Positions 1 through 10,581 of a DNA stretch of 64,000 nucleotides are shown here, in pieces; positions within the stretch are counted from its first letter, which is position 1; each line of letters opens with the position of its first letter. The notes under the pieces are model-generated. The model searched no databases and was not told the DNA's origin. It saw nothing but the letters and a program-made list of their open reading frames with translations. Made by a program: the position numbers and the translations under genes. The DNA is taken from the NCBI GenBank assembly GCA_037443265.1, contig JBBIOR010000006.1:26924-90923 (forward strand). Reading direction: 5' to 3'. This DNA is from Candidatus Fraserbacteria bacterium. GTDB taxonomy: Bacteria > Bipolaricaulota > Bipolaricaulia > RBG-16-55-9.

Positions 1-195
1 GAGTACGACGACCCGGACCTCTCTCTCAAGCGAGTGATCCTGGATCCTCGGGCTGTCCGGCTCTGGAAGGCGGTCCACGAGACGGATCACCAGGGTTATC
101 CTCTGATGAGCTTCGAGCCCGGCTTTGAAGCTGAGCCCCGAGAAGAATACTACGAGGAAGCGCCCGCGGAAGAAGGAGAGGAGACAGAGAGTTAG
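1..195 (+). CDS. 3' end of a hypothetical protein (partial, acidic C-terminus)
   Basis: Open frame 1 from the window edge, EYDDPDLSLKRVILDPRAVRLWKAVHE...EEGEETES, TAG at 193-195. Confidence 0.6.
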   Translation, partial: EYDDPDLSLKRVILDPRAVRLWKAVHETDHQGYPLMSFEPGFEAEPREEYYEEAPAEEGEETES

Positions 196-346
196 ACGCT
201 GCGGTTCTGACGGCGCTCCCTGTGCCAGCCATTAAGGCTTCTCCGTGGGATTGACCCCTGAGGCATTGCTCTAAAATTATTATGTTATGACAAGCGCCGG
301 GAGGCTTGATTTGGGAGTCTTTTGCCGCTAAGATCGAGAGGCGTCT

Positions 347-420
347 GCGCCCGTAGCTCAGCTGGATAGAGCAGCGGTTTCCTAAACCGCAGGTCGGAGG
401 TTCGAGTCCTCCCGGGCGTA
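347..420 (+). tRNA. tRNA-Arg(CCT)
   Basis: Cloverleaf GCGCCCG/CGGGCGT, anticodon loop TTCCTAA, GGTTCGAGTCC T-arm; upstream TTGATT-N17-TAAGAT (306-334); no encoded CCA. Confidence 0.96.
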
Positions 421-432
421 CTTGCATCCACG

Positions 433-1578
433 ATGAACCCCGCACTCTGTTTCCATCTGGTCACGCTGCTTTTGGGTTTCAGCTTCTTCTCGTTCATTCT
501 GCTCATCCCCCTCTTCGCTCAGGAGCTCGGGATGAGTTTGACCGAGACCGGACTGGTGTTGGCCATCTTCTCGGTGGCCGTCATCGCGTTTAGCCCCATC
601 TGGGGACATCTCTCCGATCGTCTGGGGCGCCGGAAGCCCTTGCTCGTCATCGGAAGCCTGCTCTTCTTTCTGAGCAGCTTCCTGCACTTTCTCGTAAACA
701 CTTGGGCAGAGTTGATGGCTCTTCGCTTCCTCCAGGGGATGGCCTTCGCCGTAACGCCCATGCTCACCGTGCTCTTCTCGGATCATTTCGGCGCTCAGGC
801 GGCTCGACGCTTTGGGGCGTTCAGTGCAGCCAATGCGGTGGGCTGGGGCTTGGGCAGCGTGCTCTCTGGAATTTTGGCCGAGCTGCTGGGCATCCGCTGG
901 GTCTTCATCCTCGTGTCGTTTCTGTCACTGGCAGGCGCAGGATTTATCCAATGGGGATTGCCGGAGAAAGCCACTTCCGTTCATGCACCCAGCGTTCCTA
1001 GCCGTGTCCCCAGCAAGCTCTTCTATCTTTATGGCATGATCTTCGCACGCCACAGCGCGGCCATTGCGCTCTGGTCCGTCTTTCCCCTCTATCTGAAAGG
1101 GTTTGTGCAAAGCCTTTCGTGGGTTGGGATCGTCAACGGCATCAACATGCTCGTTCAGCCCCTGTTCATGCTGGCCATTGGGAAGTACGCCGAGCGCTGG
1201 GACAAGCTGCAGATCATACTCATAGGGATTGGAGGCAGCATCGCGACCTTCCTGGTGTATGCCTCAGCGGCCAGCGTCTGGCAGATCGTCGTCGGCCAGG
1301 TGATGATTGCGGCCTCCTGGTCGGCCATGTTCATCGGCATGAACCTCTATTTAATTGAGGAGGTCCCTCAGCGGAGCCGGGGCCAGGCCTTCGGCTATTT
1401 TCAGTCGGCCATCACCTCGGCCGCTGCGGTAGGCCCGCTGCTGGGAGGCTCTTTGTCAGATGCCTACGGCATTCACGGGATGATCTTCATCGCCAGCGTG
1501 CTCATGGCGCTTAGCATTCCCTTCTTGCTGAGATTGCAGATGATCGACAGGAGATCGCAAGCGGAGCCATTTGGCTGA
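433..1578 (+). CDS. MFS transporter
   Basis: About 12 hydrophobic segments; motif A GHLSDRLGRRK. Confidence 0.9.
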   Translation: MNPALCFHLVTLLLGFSFFSFILLIPLFAQELGMSLTETGLVLAIFSVAVIAFSPIWGHLSDRLGRRKPLLVIGSLLFFLSSFLHFLVNTWAELMALRFLQGMAFAVTPMLTVLFSDHFGAQAARRFGAFSAANAVGWGLGSVLSGILAELLGIRWVFILVSFLSLAGAGFIQWGLPEKATSVHAPSVPSRVPSKLFYLYGMIFARHSAAIALWSVFPLYLKGFVQSLSWVGIVNGINMLVQPLFMLAIGKYAERWDKLQIILIGIGGSIATFLVYASAASVWQIVVGQVMIAASWSAMFIGMNLYLIEEVPQRSRGQAFGYFQSAITSAAAVGPLLGGSLSDAYGIHGMIFIASVLMALSIPFLLRLQMIDRRSQAEPFG

Positions 1579-1605
1579 TGCACGGCCCTGGAGTAAGATG
1601 TTGAC

Positions 1606-2379
1606 ATGGATGAGCAAGCTCTGCTTGAGCGAGCTAGGGAGATCTTCGTCAAGGAGCCTCGATTGATTCAGCTCAGTCGTGTCGAGCGAGCCGTCTTCGT
1701 GGGTGATACTCACGGTGACCTGGAAGCGACCCAGCTCGTCATCGGGCGATATCTCCAGCCGGAGACGGCGCTCGTGTTTCTGGGCGATTACGTCGACCGC
1801 GGGCCGTACTCTCGCGAGAACCTCGAATTTTTATTGCAGCTTAAGCTGGAGCGGCCTGAGCGCGTCTATCTGCTCCAGGGCAATCACGAGGCGTGGCTGG
1901 AGTACCCGTTTTATCCTGCGGATTTCTGGGAGGGCCTAAGCCCTGAGCGGCAGAGGCTCTATGGGGAGGTGCTGGCCCAGCTCCCTTGGGCCGCGGCCTT
2001 GGCCAATGGAGTGCTGGCCCTGCACGGGGCGCTGCCGGCCGTGAAGGGACTGGCGGCCTTAGGCGACATCGAGTTGGGGAGCTGGGAATGGCGCAAGATC
2101 ACCTGGGGGGACTGGCAGGACTCACCCGGGTATTTTCTGGGAGATTACGGAGGCCGGCCTCAGTTGGGACGCGATTATTTTGATGAACAGATGGCTCGCT
2201 TTGGGATGAGGGTGCTCATACGCTCGCATCAGCCGCATGCGCCCCAACTTCTATTCGACGATCGTTGTCTGACGATCTTCACTTCTTGTGCCTATGGGCC
2301 TCGGGAGCGGACGGTAGCCATTGTCCCCCTGGATCGCGAGATGGGCACGGCGCGCGATCTCATTTTAGAAGGAGTCTAA
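1606..2379 (+). CDS. PPP-family Ser/Thr protein phosphatase / metallophosphoesterase
   Basis: GDTHG, GDYVDRG, GNHE, LHG and IRSHQ motifs. Confidence 0.9.
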   Translation: MDEQALLERAREIFVKEPRLIQLSRVERAVFVGDTHGDLEATQLVIGRYLQPETALVFLGDYVDRGPYSRENLEFLLQLKLERPERVYLLQGNHEAWLEYPFYPADFWEGLSPERQRLYGEVLAQLPWAAALANGVLALHGALPAVKGLAALGDIELGSWEWRKITWGDWQDSPGYFLGDYGGRPQLGRDYFDEQMARFGMRVLIRSHQPHAPQLLFDDRCLTIFTSCAYGPRERTVAIVPLDREMGTARDLILEGV

Positions 2380-3647
2380 GGGAGCTGTCGCAATTCGGGC
2401 CTTCTCCAGAGGGCCCAGAGGGCCGCCCCCAAGCAGACGAGCGCTCCCAAAGAGACCGCCAGCGGGACGCCCGCTAGATGGGCCACCGTGCCGGCTTGCA
2501 GGTCGCCTATGGGGGATAAGCCGATGAAAGCGAGCGCGTGCAAGCTCATCACTCGCCCGCGGAAGCCCTCTTTGGCGATGGTTTGTAGAAGCGTGTTGGC
2601 GGTGGCATTCTGCAAGACGAACCCAAAGCCGACCAGCACCAGCAGGATCTCTGAGAGCACAAAGGAGCGCGCAAGCGAGAAGGCTAGAACTCCCAGCGGG
2701 AACAAGAGATTCCCTAAGGTGAAGAGCCGGCCCTTGAGCCAGTCGCTCCCCCGCGATGCCAGAAAGAGTGCACCGCTTAGAGCCCCTAAGCCCACCGCGG
2801 CCAGCAGCGCTCCATAGCCAGTCGCGCCCACGCCCAATACATCCCGCGCGAAGGCCGGCATGAGCGTTGTGTACGGAAGCCCGAAGAGGCTGGAGATGCC
2901 CACCAGGGCAAGCAGCGTAAGAAGGGTCGCATTGCGGCGGGCATAGCTTAAGCCCTCCTTCAGCTGGAGCCAGATAGAGCTTTCCCCCCCCTCTAAGGGG
3001 GCCTGAGAAAGACTCAACACGTCTATGCGCCAGAGGCCGATCAACACGGCCAGGAAGCTGATGCCGTTCAAGAAGAAGCATCCTGTTTCTCCCACGGTAG
3101 GCACCAGCACCCCGGCGAGCAGGGGCCCCACGATCCGCGCGCTGTTGAACACGGAGGAGTTGAGTGCGATGGCATTCATCAGATCTTCTTTGCCCACCAT
3201 CTCCACGATGAACGCCTGCCGGGCTGGCGTATCGAAGGCGTTGACCAGGCCTAATAGCGCCGACAGCGCGATGATCTGCCAGATCTGTATCGCGCCGGTG
3301 GCGGTCAACCCCGCGAGCAAGAAGGCCTGGATCATGGCCACCAGCTGAGTTAGGAGGATCAGATCTCGCTTGGGCAAGCGATCGGCCACCACCCCTCCGA
3401 TCAGCGAGAAGAGCAACACAGGGAAGTAGCGGGCGAAGCCGACCAAGCCCAGATAGAAGGCCGAGTCCGTCAGGCGATAGACCAGCCAGCCCTGAGCGGC
3501 CATCTGCATCCAGGTGCCGGCCAGCGAGAAGAGCTGTCCCCACCAGAAGAGGCGGAAGTTGCGGTGCCGCAGCGCGCGGAAGGTCCCGCTGCCCCGAACA
3601 GCTGCAGCAGAATGTTCATCAGAAGCGGGAATACGTGGCGAGGCCAA
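2376..3647 (-). CDS. MFS transporter (MFS_3-like)
   Basis: FRALRHRNFRLFW N-terminus, GVVADRLPKR, about 12 TM segments; TTG start after AGGAGG. Confidence 0.9.
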   Translation of the reverse strand: MASPRIPASDEHSAAAVRGSGTFRALRHRNFRLFWWGQLFSLAGTWMQMAAQGWLVYRLTDSAFYLGLVGFARYFPVLLFSLIGGVVADRLPKRDLILLTQLVAMIQAFLLAGLTATGAIQIWQIIALSALLGLVNAFDTPARQAFIVEMVGKEDLMNAIALNSSVFNSARIVGPLLAGVLVPTVGETGCFFLNGISFLAVLIGLWRIDVLSLSQAPLEGGESSIWLQLKEGLSYARRNATLLTLLALVGISSLFGLPYTTLMPAFARDVLGVGATGYGALLAAVGLGALSGALFLASRGSDWLKGRLFTLGNLLFPLGVLAFSLARSFVLSEILLVLVGFGFVLQNATANTLLQTIAKEGFRGRVMSLHALAFIGLSPIGDLQAGTVAHLAGVPLAVSLGALVCLGAALWALWRRPELRQLP

Positions 3648-3686
3648 GCGCGCCTCCTGATACGCCTAGGGAGTATAGCGACTCCC

Positions 3687-4769
3687 TCAGGCCCCGACCA
3701 ACTCGGCGAGGCGCTCTTGGTGATAAGCCTCAGCCAGCGGCTCAATCAGCAGATCTAGATTTCCTTCGAGGACGTCTTCCAAACGATGGATGGTGAGCTC
3801 AATGCGATGATCCGTGACGCGATTCTGTGGGAAGTTGTACGTGCGGATCTTTTCAGAGCGCGCAGCGCTGCCAATCTGGATTCTTCGCTCTTGGACGCGC
3901 TGCTCTTCCACTCTCGATTCTAGCAGCTCCTTAAGCTTGGCCCTCAAAAGCCTCAAGGCGCGCTCTTTGTTCTTGTGTTGAGAGCGCTCCTCCTGGCAGG
4001 CCACCGTAATTCCTGTGGGCTTATGCTTGATTCTGACGGCAGAATTCACTTTATTGACGTTCTGGCCGCCGGGGCCGCCCGCGCGGAACGCCTCGATCTC
4101 TAGATCATCATCTTTTAGCTCGATCTCAATCGCTTCCACTTCGGCCAGCACGGCCACGGTCGCCGTGGAGGTGTGGATTCGCCCGGAGGCCTCTGTGGCC
4201 GGCACGCGCTGCACGCGATGAACGCCGCTCTCGAACTTAAAGAGCCCATATGCCCCGCGGCCCAGCACGGAGAACGCGACCAGCTTGAAGCCGCCTAGGG
4301 GCGTAGGGTGCGCGTCTAGAATCTCCAAGCGGAAGCCCTTCTGTTCAGCATATTTGCGGTACATGCGAAAGAGATCGGCCGCAAAGAGAGCGGATTCTTC
4401 GCCTCCCGCGCCTGCACGAATCTCTATGATCGCGTTCTTCTCATCCCGAGGATCTTCCGGCAGGAGCGAACGCTTCAGCCCTTGGAGCAGCTCTTCATAT
4501 CTCTTTCTGGTTTGCTTAAGCTCTGCTTGGATGAGCTCTTTGAGCTCTTCGCCGTGATCTTCTTTGAGCCAAGTCTCTGTCTCGGCGATCTCTCGCTCCA
4601 GCTTCTTTAGCTCCTGATAGTCGTCGGCGGCTTTCTTCAAGCGTGCGTATCGCTGAGAGAGCTCGATGTACCGCGGGCTGTTCACCAACTCGGGCCGAGC
4701 TAGCTCCGCCTCCAGCTGGCGGCATTCTTTTAAAAACTCCTCAAGTCGATGGCGAATTTGAGTCTGCAT
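3687..4769 (-). CDS. prfA: Peptide chain release factor 1
   Basis: [24 protein letters not shown] (PxT), GGQ motif, [18 protein letters not shown] at 4769 after GGAGG. Confidence 0.97.
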   Translation of the reverse strand: MQTQIRHRLEEFLKECRQLEAELARPELVNSPRYIELSQRYARLKKAADDYQELKKLEREIAETETWLKEDHGEELKELIQAELKQTRKRYEELLQGLKRSLLPEDPRDEKNAIIEIRAGAGGEESALFAADLFRMYRKYAEQKGFRLEILDAHPTPLGGFKLVAFSVLGRGAYGLFKFESGVHRVQRVPATEASGRIHTSTATVAVLAEVEAIEIELKDDDLEIEAFRAGGPGGQNVNKVNSAVRIKHKPTGITVACQEERSQHKNKERALRLLRAKLKELLESRVEEQRVQERRIQIGSAARSEKIRTYNFPQNRVTDHRIELTIHRLEDVLEGNLDLLIEPLAEAYHQERLAELVGA

Positions 4770-4874
4770 AGGCACGCCTCCATTTAAGCTTCTCCCGCTT
4801 GGGATTGCAACTTGTGCGGTTACATTGCATGGCTGTATAATTGCTGTATATATGGTGCCAGGAGGAGGATGGAC

Positions 4875-6116
4875 ATGGACCGACGGACGTTTCTTAAGGC
4901 GATGATGGGGAGCGCGGCACTTCTGCTCTGGCCGGTGCGCACAAGCTCAGGCCAAGAGCCCATCACCATAGGCCTGCAGGCCGATCTTACGGGCAGCCTG
5001 CCGGATTACGGCTACTGGCACGACAAAGTGGTGCGCGCGGCGGTAGCCAAAATCAATGGCGAGGGAGGCATCGCCGGCCGCGAAGTGCAATTGCTCGTGG
5101 AAGACACGGCGACGAGTGCTGAAATAGGGCGAGACAAGCTGATCAAGATGGAGCAAGATGGGGCTCATTTCATCATCGGCTCACAGCACTCTGGAGTGAG
5201 CTTGGCCAGTCTCCCCCTAGCAAAAGAGCTCAAGATGATCTATTTCCCGTTGGGGGAGGCTACGGAGATCACGGGCGAGGCCGGCAATCGCTACATCTTC
5301 CGGGCGAATCATTCCGTGAGAAGTCACGCGCAAGTCGGGCATCGCTGGGCGGTGGAGAATTTGGGCCGGCGCTGGACGATCATCGTGGCCGATTATGCCT
5401 TTGGGCGCAGCCACGCGGCGGAGTGGCCGCCCCTGCTGCAGAGTGTCGGCGCGGAGGTACTTGAAGTCATCAAGATCCCTCTAGAGACGACAGACTTTCT
5501 GCCCTTCCTGGGCCGTGTGCCTCCCAACACGGAAGTGCTCTTCCACGTCTTCCCCGGCGTGAACGCCCTCAGATTCTTGACGGCGGCGGGTGAGCTTGGC
5601 CTGCTCGAGAAGATGAAGGCCTTTGGAGTCATCTGCACGGTAGACGGCATCAAGCTGGAGGACGTGCCCGCCATTGAAGGCAGCTGGTATGTTTCCAATC
5701 ATCCGCACCGCTTGGCCGATGTGCCCGAAAGCCTCAAAGAATTCGATGCTCAATTCCGTGAGCGGGTCGGAGCCACACCCCAGGGCACGGAAGTGGGCAC
5801 TGGGCGGCCCACCACCGGCTCGCACTACTGGTACGGCTGGGAGATCGTGCATCTCATCAAGCAAGCCGTCGAAGAGACCGGCTGGCGCTCGCAACAGGAT
5901 CACCCGGAGATCGTACGCTATCTCGAGGGTCTTCAGATTGAGCCCGGCTTCGCTTTCCCTCAGGGCGAAAAATTCATCCGTGCCCAAGACCATCAAGCGT
6001 TTCATGATCATTATCTGGAGCGCTTCGAGCAGGGCGAGCTTCAGGTGACTCAGCGGATCGACAAGCAAGAGGCCGTCTACGATCCGTTGGCGGACTACAC
6101 GAAGCAAGAGTTGTAG
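4875..6116 (+). CDS. Branched-chain amino acid-type ABC substrate-binding protein, Tat-exported
   Basis: DRRTFLK twin-arginine signal; IN..GGIAGR and ADYAFG motifs; GGAGGAGG SD. Confidence 0.88.
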   Translation: MDRRTFLKAMMGSAALLLWPVRTSSGQEPITIGLQADLTGSLPDYGYWHDKVVRAAVAKINGEGGIAGREVQLLVEDTATSAEIGRDKLIKMEQDGAHFIIGSQHSGVSLASLPLAKELKMIYFPLGEATEITGEAGNRYIFRANHSVRSHAQVGHRWAVENLGRRWTIIVADYAFGRSHAAEWPPLLQSVGAEVLEVIKIPLETTDFLPFLGRVPPNTEVLFHVFPGVNALRFLTAAGELGLLEKMKAFGVICTVDGIKLEDVPAIEGSWYVSNHPHRLADVPESLKEFDAQFRERVGATPQGTEVGTGRPTTGSHYWYGWEIVHLIKQAVEETGWRSQQDHPEIVRYLEGLQIEPGFAFPQGEKFIRAQDHQAFHDHYLERFEQGELQVTQRIDKQEAVYDPLADYTKQEL

Positions 6117-6140
6117 GCCACTAGTCCGTTTCGATAGCCG

Positions 6141-6190
6141 TTGACAGATTTATTTCAGCCCCGTATACTTTCAGACTGACCAGTCGGTTT
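6141..6190 (+). promoter_or_regulatory. Sigma70 promoter with an imperfect palindromic operator (probable TetR site)
   Basis: TTGACA(6141)-N17-TATACT(6164); AGACTGAC-CA-GTCGGTTT at 6173-6190 overlaps the predicted start site. Confidence 0.75.
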
Positions 6191-6800
6191 GGAGGCCATG
6201 CGCGATAAAGAAGCCACCCGCGAGAAGATCTTAAGAGCTGCCGAGAGCGTCTTTGCCGAAAAGGGCTACTACGCATCCCTCGTCGATGAGATCGCTCAGG
6301 CTTCTCAGACCTCCAAAGGCGCTATATATTTTCACTTCCCCAGCAAGGAGCAGCTCTTCGCGGCTCTTATGGAGCGTCTGGCGAAGGGCCTTCTGACCGA
6401 AGTGGAGGCTTCCATCAGCCAGCAGAAGGGTGCCGTCGCCAAAGTCCAAGCCGCTCTCGAGACGGTCATGAAAAATCTCATCAAGCGGCGCAGGCTCGCA
6501 CAGATCTTGCTCGTTCAGAGCCTGTTCAGTCCGGCCTTTGCCCGCAAGCGTCTGGAGATCTTCGACGAGTTCGCCCAGCTCATCGAGAGATATTTGAACG
6601 AGGCCATCGAAGAAGGCTCGATTCCATCCCTGGACACAAGAGTTGTGGCCCACGCCTGGCTCGGGGCCATTCACGAGCTGGTGGTGCGCTGGCTGTACGC
6701 CGGAGAGCCCAAGCTGGAGCGCGCCCTTCCGGCCCTCAGCCAGCTCTTTCTAAGCGGCCTTGGAGTTTCTATAAACAAAAAATCCCGGAGGGATCTATGA
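6189..6800 (+). CDS. TetR/AcrR family regulator (alternative start at 6198)
   Basis: REKILRAAESVFAEKGY...IAQASQTSKGAIYFHFPSKE helix-turn-helix. Confidence 0.93.
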   Translation: MEAMRDKEATREKILRAAESVFAEKGYYASLVDEIAQASQTSKGAIYFHFPSKEQLFAALMERLAKGLLTEVEASISQQKGAVAKVQAALETVMKNLIKRRRLAQILLVQSLFSPAFARKRLEIFDEFAQLIERYLNEAIEEGSIPSLDTRVVAHAWLGAIHELVVRWLYAGEPKLERALPALSQLFLSGLGVSINKKSRRDL

Positions 6801-8050
6801 AACTCACGCGTCGTGCGTTCTTGCGAAGGACAAGCCAGGGCCTGCTGGCGCTGGCTCTGGGGCCGGCTCTCTTTGGGCGTGCCCAGGCCCGAGAGATCAT
6901 CATCGGCCATCAGGCTCCGCTCACTGGAGCAGTGGCCCAATTCGGCCTCTGGCACAATCGCGCCTTACGAGCCGCTATAGATCGCATCAACTCGGAAGGC
7001 GGCGTGGCCGGTCGTGCTCTCATTCTGATCACGGAGGACGAAGCCTCCAACCCGGAGACGGGCAAGGACAAGTTTAGAAAGCTCGTACTGCAAGACGGGG
7101 TGGATTTCGTGATCGGCTCTGTCTGGTCGGCGACGAATCTGGCCACGGCCCCGCTGGCCAAAGAACTCAAGACGATCTATTTCCCTCAGGGCATCGCCAC
7201 GGAGATCACGGGAGCCGCGGGCAATCGCTATATTTTTAAGAGCTATCACAGCGTGCGGGCAGCGGTGATGGCGGGCGCCAAGTGGGCCGTCGAACATCTG
7301 GGAAGACGCTGGACGATCATCGCTTCAGAGCTCGAGTTCGCGCAGTCTCAAAAGGACGACTGGACTGCCCGACTGCAACAACTGGGCGCAGAGATCGTGG
7401 ATGTTATCACTATTCCCTTCCGCCCGACGGATTTTCTGCCCTTGTTGAGCCGCATCAATCTGGAGCGGACGGAAGTTCTCTATCAGGCCTTCACGGCCGT
7501 AGACACGATTCGCTTTCTGCAGACGGCATTCGAGCTGGGCTTTCAGGAGCGCTTAAAGATCCTTGGGCTGATCGAGGGCATTGATGTCTTGGACACCAAT
7601 GATCCAGCGTTTGAGGGGACGTACTATATTACGAGCTACCCGCGCCGCGCGGAGGGGGTGCCCCAAGAGCTTGCAGAATTTGATCGATTCTATCGTCAAG
7701 CCGTGGGCATCGATGAGGAAGGCCGGTCGGCTCAGGGGGAAGTGGTCCCCATCGCAGATCTCTTCGGCAGCTGGCAGGCTCTCTCGCTCATTAAGCTGGG
7801 CATCGAGCGAAGCGGCTGGCAATCGAAGGCCGATAATCCCTCCCTCATCCAAGCGCTGGAGGGGCTCAGCTGGACGGCCGGGCCTCAGTTCCCCCAGGGC
7901 GAAGGATTTCTGCGGGCGGAAGACCATCTCGCCTTCCACAGCCATTACGTCGAACGAGTGGAGCAGGGACGATTGAGAGTCCTGCTGCGCATCCCCAAGG
8001 AAGCCTCGCTGTACGAGCCTCTTGCGAATTACACTCAGCAAGAGTTCTGA
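6797..8050 (+). CDS. Second branched-chain-type ABC substrate-binding protein, Tat-exported (paralog of 4875..6116)
   Basis: TRRAFLR signal; shares ATEITG.AGNRYIF and FPQGE.F.RA.DH.AFH with the first binding protein. Confidence 0.88.
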   Translation: MKLTRRAFLRRTSQGLLALALGPALFGRAQAREIIIGHQAPLTGAVAQFGLWHNRALRAAIDRINSEGGVAGRALILITEDEASNPETGKDKFRKLVLQDGVDFVIGSVWSATNLATAPLAKELKTIYFPQGIATEITGAAGNRYIFKSYHSVRAAVMAGAKWAVEHLGRRWTIIASELEFAQSQKDDWTARLQQLGAEIVDVITIPFRPTDFLPLLSRINLERTEVLYQAFTAVDTIRFLQTAFELGFQERLKILGLIEGIDVLDTNDPAFEGTYYITSYPRRAEGVPQELAEFDRFYRQAVGIDEEGRSAQGEVVPIADLFGSWQALSLIKLGIERSGWQSKADNPSLIQALEGLSWTAGPQFPQGEGFLRAEDHLAFHSHYVERVEQGRLRVLLRIPKEASLYEPLANYTQQEF

Positions 8051-8928
8051 TGGAACAAGTCCTCTTTCAGCTGCTCAATGGCTTCGTCTGGGGTTGGGCG
8101 CTGGCCCTCATCGCCCTGGGACTCAATCTCGTCTATGGGGTCTTGAGGATCATCAATGTGGCCCATGGGGCGTTCTACATGCTGGGGGCCGTGGCTGGCT
8201 GGGCGATCCTGGGGCAGCTTAGGGCCATCAGCGATCTTTATCTTTTGAATTTCGCACTCGCGCTCCTTGTGGCACCCCTGCTCGTGGGGCTTTTGGGCAT
8301 GCTCTTGGAGTGGACGATCCTGCGCCCCAGGGAAGACAAGCCGGTGCTCACGATCATTGCCACCTTCGCGCTCCTTTTGATCTTGCAGCAGGGGGTGCAG
8401 CTGCTCCTGCCCGGCGCTCAGCGGGTGGTGCCTCCCATTGCCGGAGGCATGGAGATCTTCGGCCTGCGCTATCCTATTTATCGACTGGTGCTCGCCGGGT
8501 TGTCCATGGGGTTCATGCTCGTCTTGTGGCTCCTTCTCTACAAGACGCGCTTTGGGATGTGGGCCCGCGCCGTGCACCAAGACCGTGAGCTCGCTCTGGC
8601 GATAGGCCTACCCGTCCCGTGGATCTATGGGCTCGTGTTTGGGTTGGGGGTGGCGCTCGCAGCTGCGGCGGGGGTGCTTACAGCACCGATCGTGCCTGTC
8701 GAAGCCTCGATGGGCATGATCATTTTGATTGAGGCCTTCATGGTCGTGATCGTCGGAGGATTAGGAAATCTGCCGGGCGCGATCATCGCGGCCCTCCTCT
8801 TCCGGCTGGCCGAAGGATTTTTCACGGTCTGGATGGAGCCGATCACCGCCCGCGCGCTGGCCCTTCTATTCATGGGAGCTCTGCTGTTCTTAAAACCTCA
8901 AGGACTCTTCGGCACTCATGAAGATTGA
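8050..8928 (+). CDS. livH: Branched-chain amino acid ABC permease (LivH-like)
   Basis: LIALGLNLVYGVLRIINVAHG and VVIVGGLG motifs. Confidence 0.9.
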   Translation: MEQVLFQLLNGFVWGWALALIALGLNLVYGVLRIINVAHGAFYMLGAVAGWAILGQLRAISDLYLLNFALALLVAPLLVGLLGMLLEWTILRPREDKPVLTIIATFALLLILQQGVQLLLPGAQRVVPPIAGGMEIFGLRYPIYRLVLAGLSMGFMLVLWLLLYKTRFGMWARAVHQDRELALAIGLPVPWIYGLVFGLGVALAAAAGVLTAPIVPVEASMGMIILIEAFMVVIVGGLGNLPGAIIAALLFRLAEGFFTVWMEPITARALALLFMGALLFLKPQGLFGTHED

Positions 8929-9880
8929 GATGCGCAAGCTCTTTGCTTTTGGCTTGATATTAGCACTGTTGGCCGCAGCCCCATGGCTGCTTGGCCCCTT
9001 CCCGTTGGGCATCTTGATGAAGATTCTCATCTGGGGGCTTTTTGCGATGAGTTTCGATCTGATCTTTGGGTACACGGGGCTGCTCAGCTTGGGACACTCG
9101 GTGTATTTCGGCTTGGGGGCCTATGGCGCAGCTCTTATGATTCTTCATGGGCAGCCTGGAATTGCCGCGCCCCTCGCCACAGGCCTTCTTTTGGGAGCGG
9201 CTGTGGCGGCGTTGATTGGCCTACTGGCCGTGCGCACCGGAAGCCACGGCTTCATCATCGTCACGGCGGTGACGTCGCTGCTCTTCTATCTTCTGGCCCA
9301 GAGCCGCAGGGATCTTACGGGCGGCGACGACGGCCTGACGTTGAGTCCGCTGCCTCTTAAGCTGGCAGGCTGGTCCGCAGGCTGCGCCGATCCCGGTCCG
9401 GCGTACCTTCTGGTACTGGGAGTCGTGGGCATCTCGTTTCTACTCTTGTACATCTTGGTGCGCACGCCGCTGGGTCTGGCGCTGCGCTGCGTGCGAGAGA
9501 ACGAGCCACGCGCCCAGGCACTGGGCTACGATACGATCCGGCTGAAATGGCTCGCGTTTGCCCTTTCGGGAGGAGGAGCCGCGATGGCGGGAGCGCTCTA
9601 TGCCCTGACGAATTGCCACATCTCCACGGGGCTCTTCCACTGGCTCGTCTCGGCCGATGCGCTCATCTGGACGCTCTTCGGCGGCACGGGCACTCTAATA
9701 GGGCCACTCCTGGGCACCGGGGTCTTCTTCGCCTTGCGTGAGGGACTGAGCGGCGTCTGGCAGACGGGGTATCCCATCTTAGTGGGCCTGGCGCTCCTTT
9801 TGATGGCGCGCTTCTTCCCTCGTGGGCTGCTGGGCCTCGTGAGCGAGCTGGGGCGGTTCAGCCGTCGCTGGGTGCGATGA
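8918..9880 (+). CDS. livM: Branched-chain amino acid ABC permease (LivM-like)
   Basis: GYTGLLSLGHS, LTGGDDG, RENEPRAQALG. Confidence 0.9.
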   Translation: MKIEMRKLFAFGLILALLAAAPWLLGPFPLGILMKILIWGLFAMSFDLIFGYTGLLSLGHSVYFGLGAYGAALMILHGQPGIAAPLATGLLLGAAVAALIGLLAVRTGSHGFIIVTAVTSLLFYLLAQSRRDLTGGDDGLTLSPLPLKLAGWSAGCADPGPAYLLVLGVVGISFLLLYILVRTPLGLALRCVRENEPRAQALGYDTIRLKWLAFALSGGGAAMAGALYALTNCHISTGLFHWLVSADALIWTLFGGTGTLIGPLLGTGVFFALREGLSGVWQTGYPILVGLALLLMARFFPRGLLGLVSELGRFSRRWVR

Positions 9881-10581
9881 TGTCAGAGATCTTGCGGGCC
9901 AGGGGCCTCGTCAAGCGCTTCGACAGCGTAAGAGCTGTCGATGGCGTCGATCTTGCGCTCTTCTCTGGAGAGATTCGCGCGTTGATCGGCCCCAATGGGG
10001 CCGGGAAGACCACGCTCATCAGCCTGCTGGCCGGCCAGCTCCGTCCCGATGCGGGTTCGATTGCGTTTGCGAGCCAAGACGTGACCCGCTGGCCAGCCCA
10101 TCGGCGCGCGCAGCTGGGCTTAGCGCGCACGTTCCAGATTGCGGCGCTCTTCCCATCGCTGACCGTGCGCGAGCACCTGGAGGCCGCCCTCCAAGCGAGC
10201 CCCTCTCACCGCCCTCCAGAGACATCTGAGGTCCTCAAGCTCTGTCACTTGAAAGACAAGCAAGATGCGCGTGCCGGTGAGCTCTCGCACGGAGATCAAC
10301 GGCTTCTGGAGCTTGCCATGGCTCTTGTTCAGCACCCCAAGCTCCTCTTGCTCGATGAACCCGCGGCCGGCCTAAGCTCCACTGAGTCAGAGATGTTGAT
10401 CCAGTTGCTCTCCGGCCTGAGAGGCCCGGCCGTTCTCATTGTGGAGCACGACATGCAGGTCGTCTTCCGGCTGGCCGAGCGAATCACTGTCATGCACCGC
10501 GGTCGGATCTTGGCCGAAGGCTCTCCCCCAGAGATCGAGCGTGACCCGCAGGTGCAGGAAGTCTATCTCGGAGGCTCGTGA
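9877..10581 (+). CDS. livG: ABC ATP-binding protein (LivG-like)
   Basis: GPNGAGKT, LSHG, LLLDEPAAG, VEHDM. Confidence 0.92.
   Translation: MMSEILRARGLVKRFDSVRAVDGVDLALFSGEIRALIGPNGAGKTTLISLLAGQLRPDAGSIAFASQDVTRWPAHRRAQLGLARTFQIAALFPSLTVREHLEAALQASPSHRPPETSEVLKLCHLKDKQDARAGELSHGDQRLLELAMALVQHPKLLLLDEPAAGLSSTESEMLIQLLSGLRGPAVLIVEHDMQVVFRLAERITVMHRGRILAEGSPPEIERDPQVQEVYLGGS

Noticed and set aside
2365..3543. 392-aa alternative-frame ORF over the MFS gene
   Set aside because: Arg/Gly/Pro-rich GC frame artefact with no recognisable motifs
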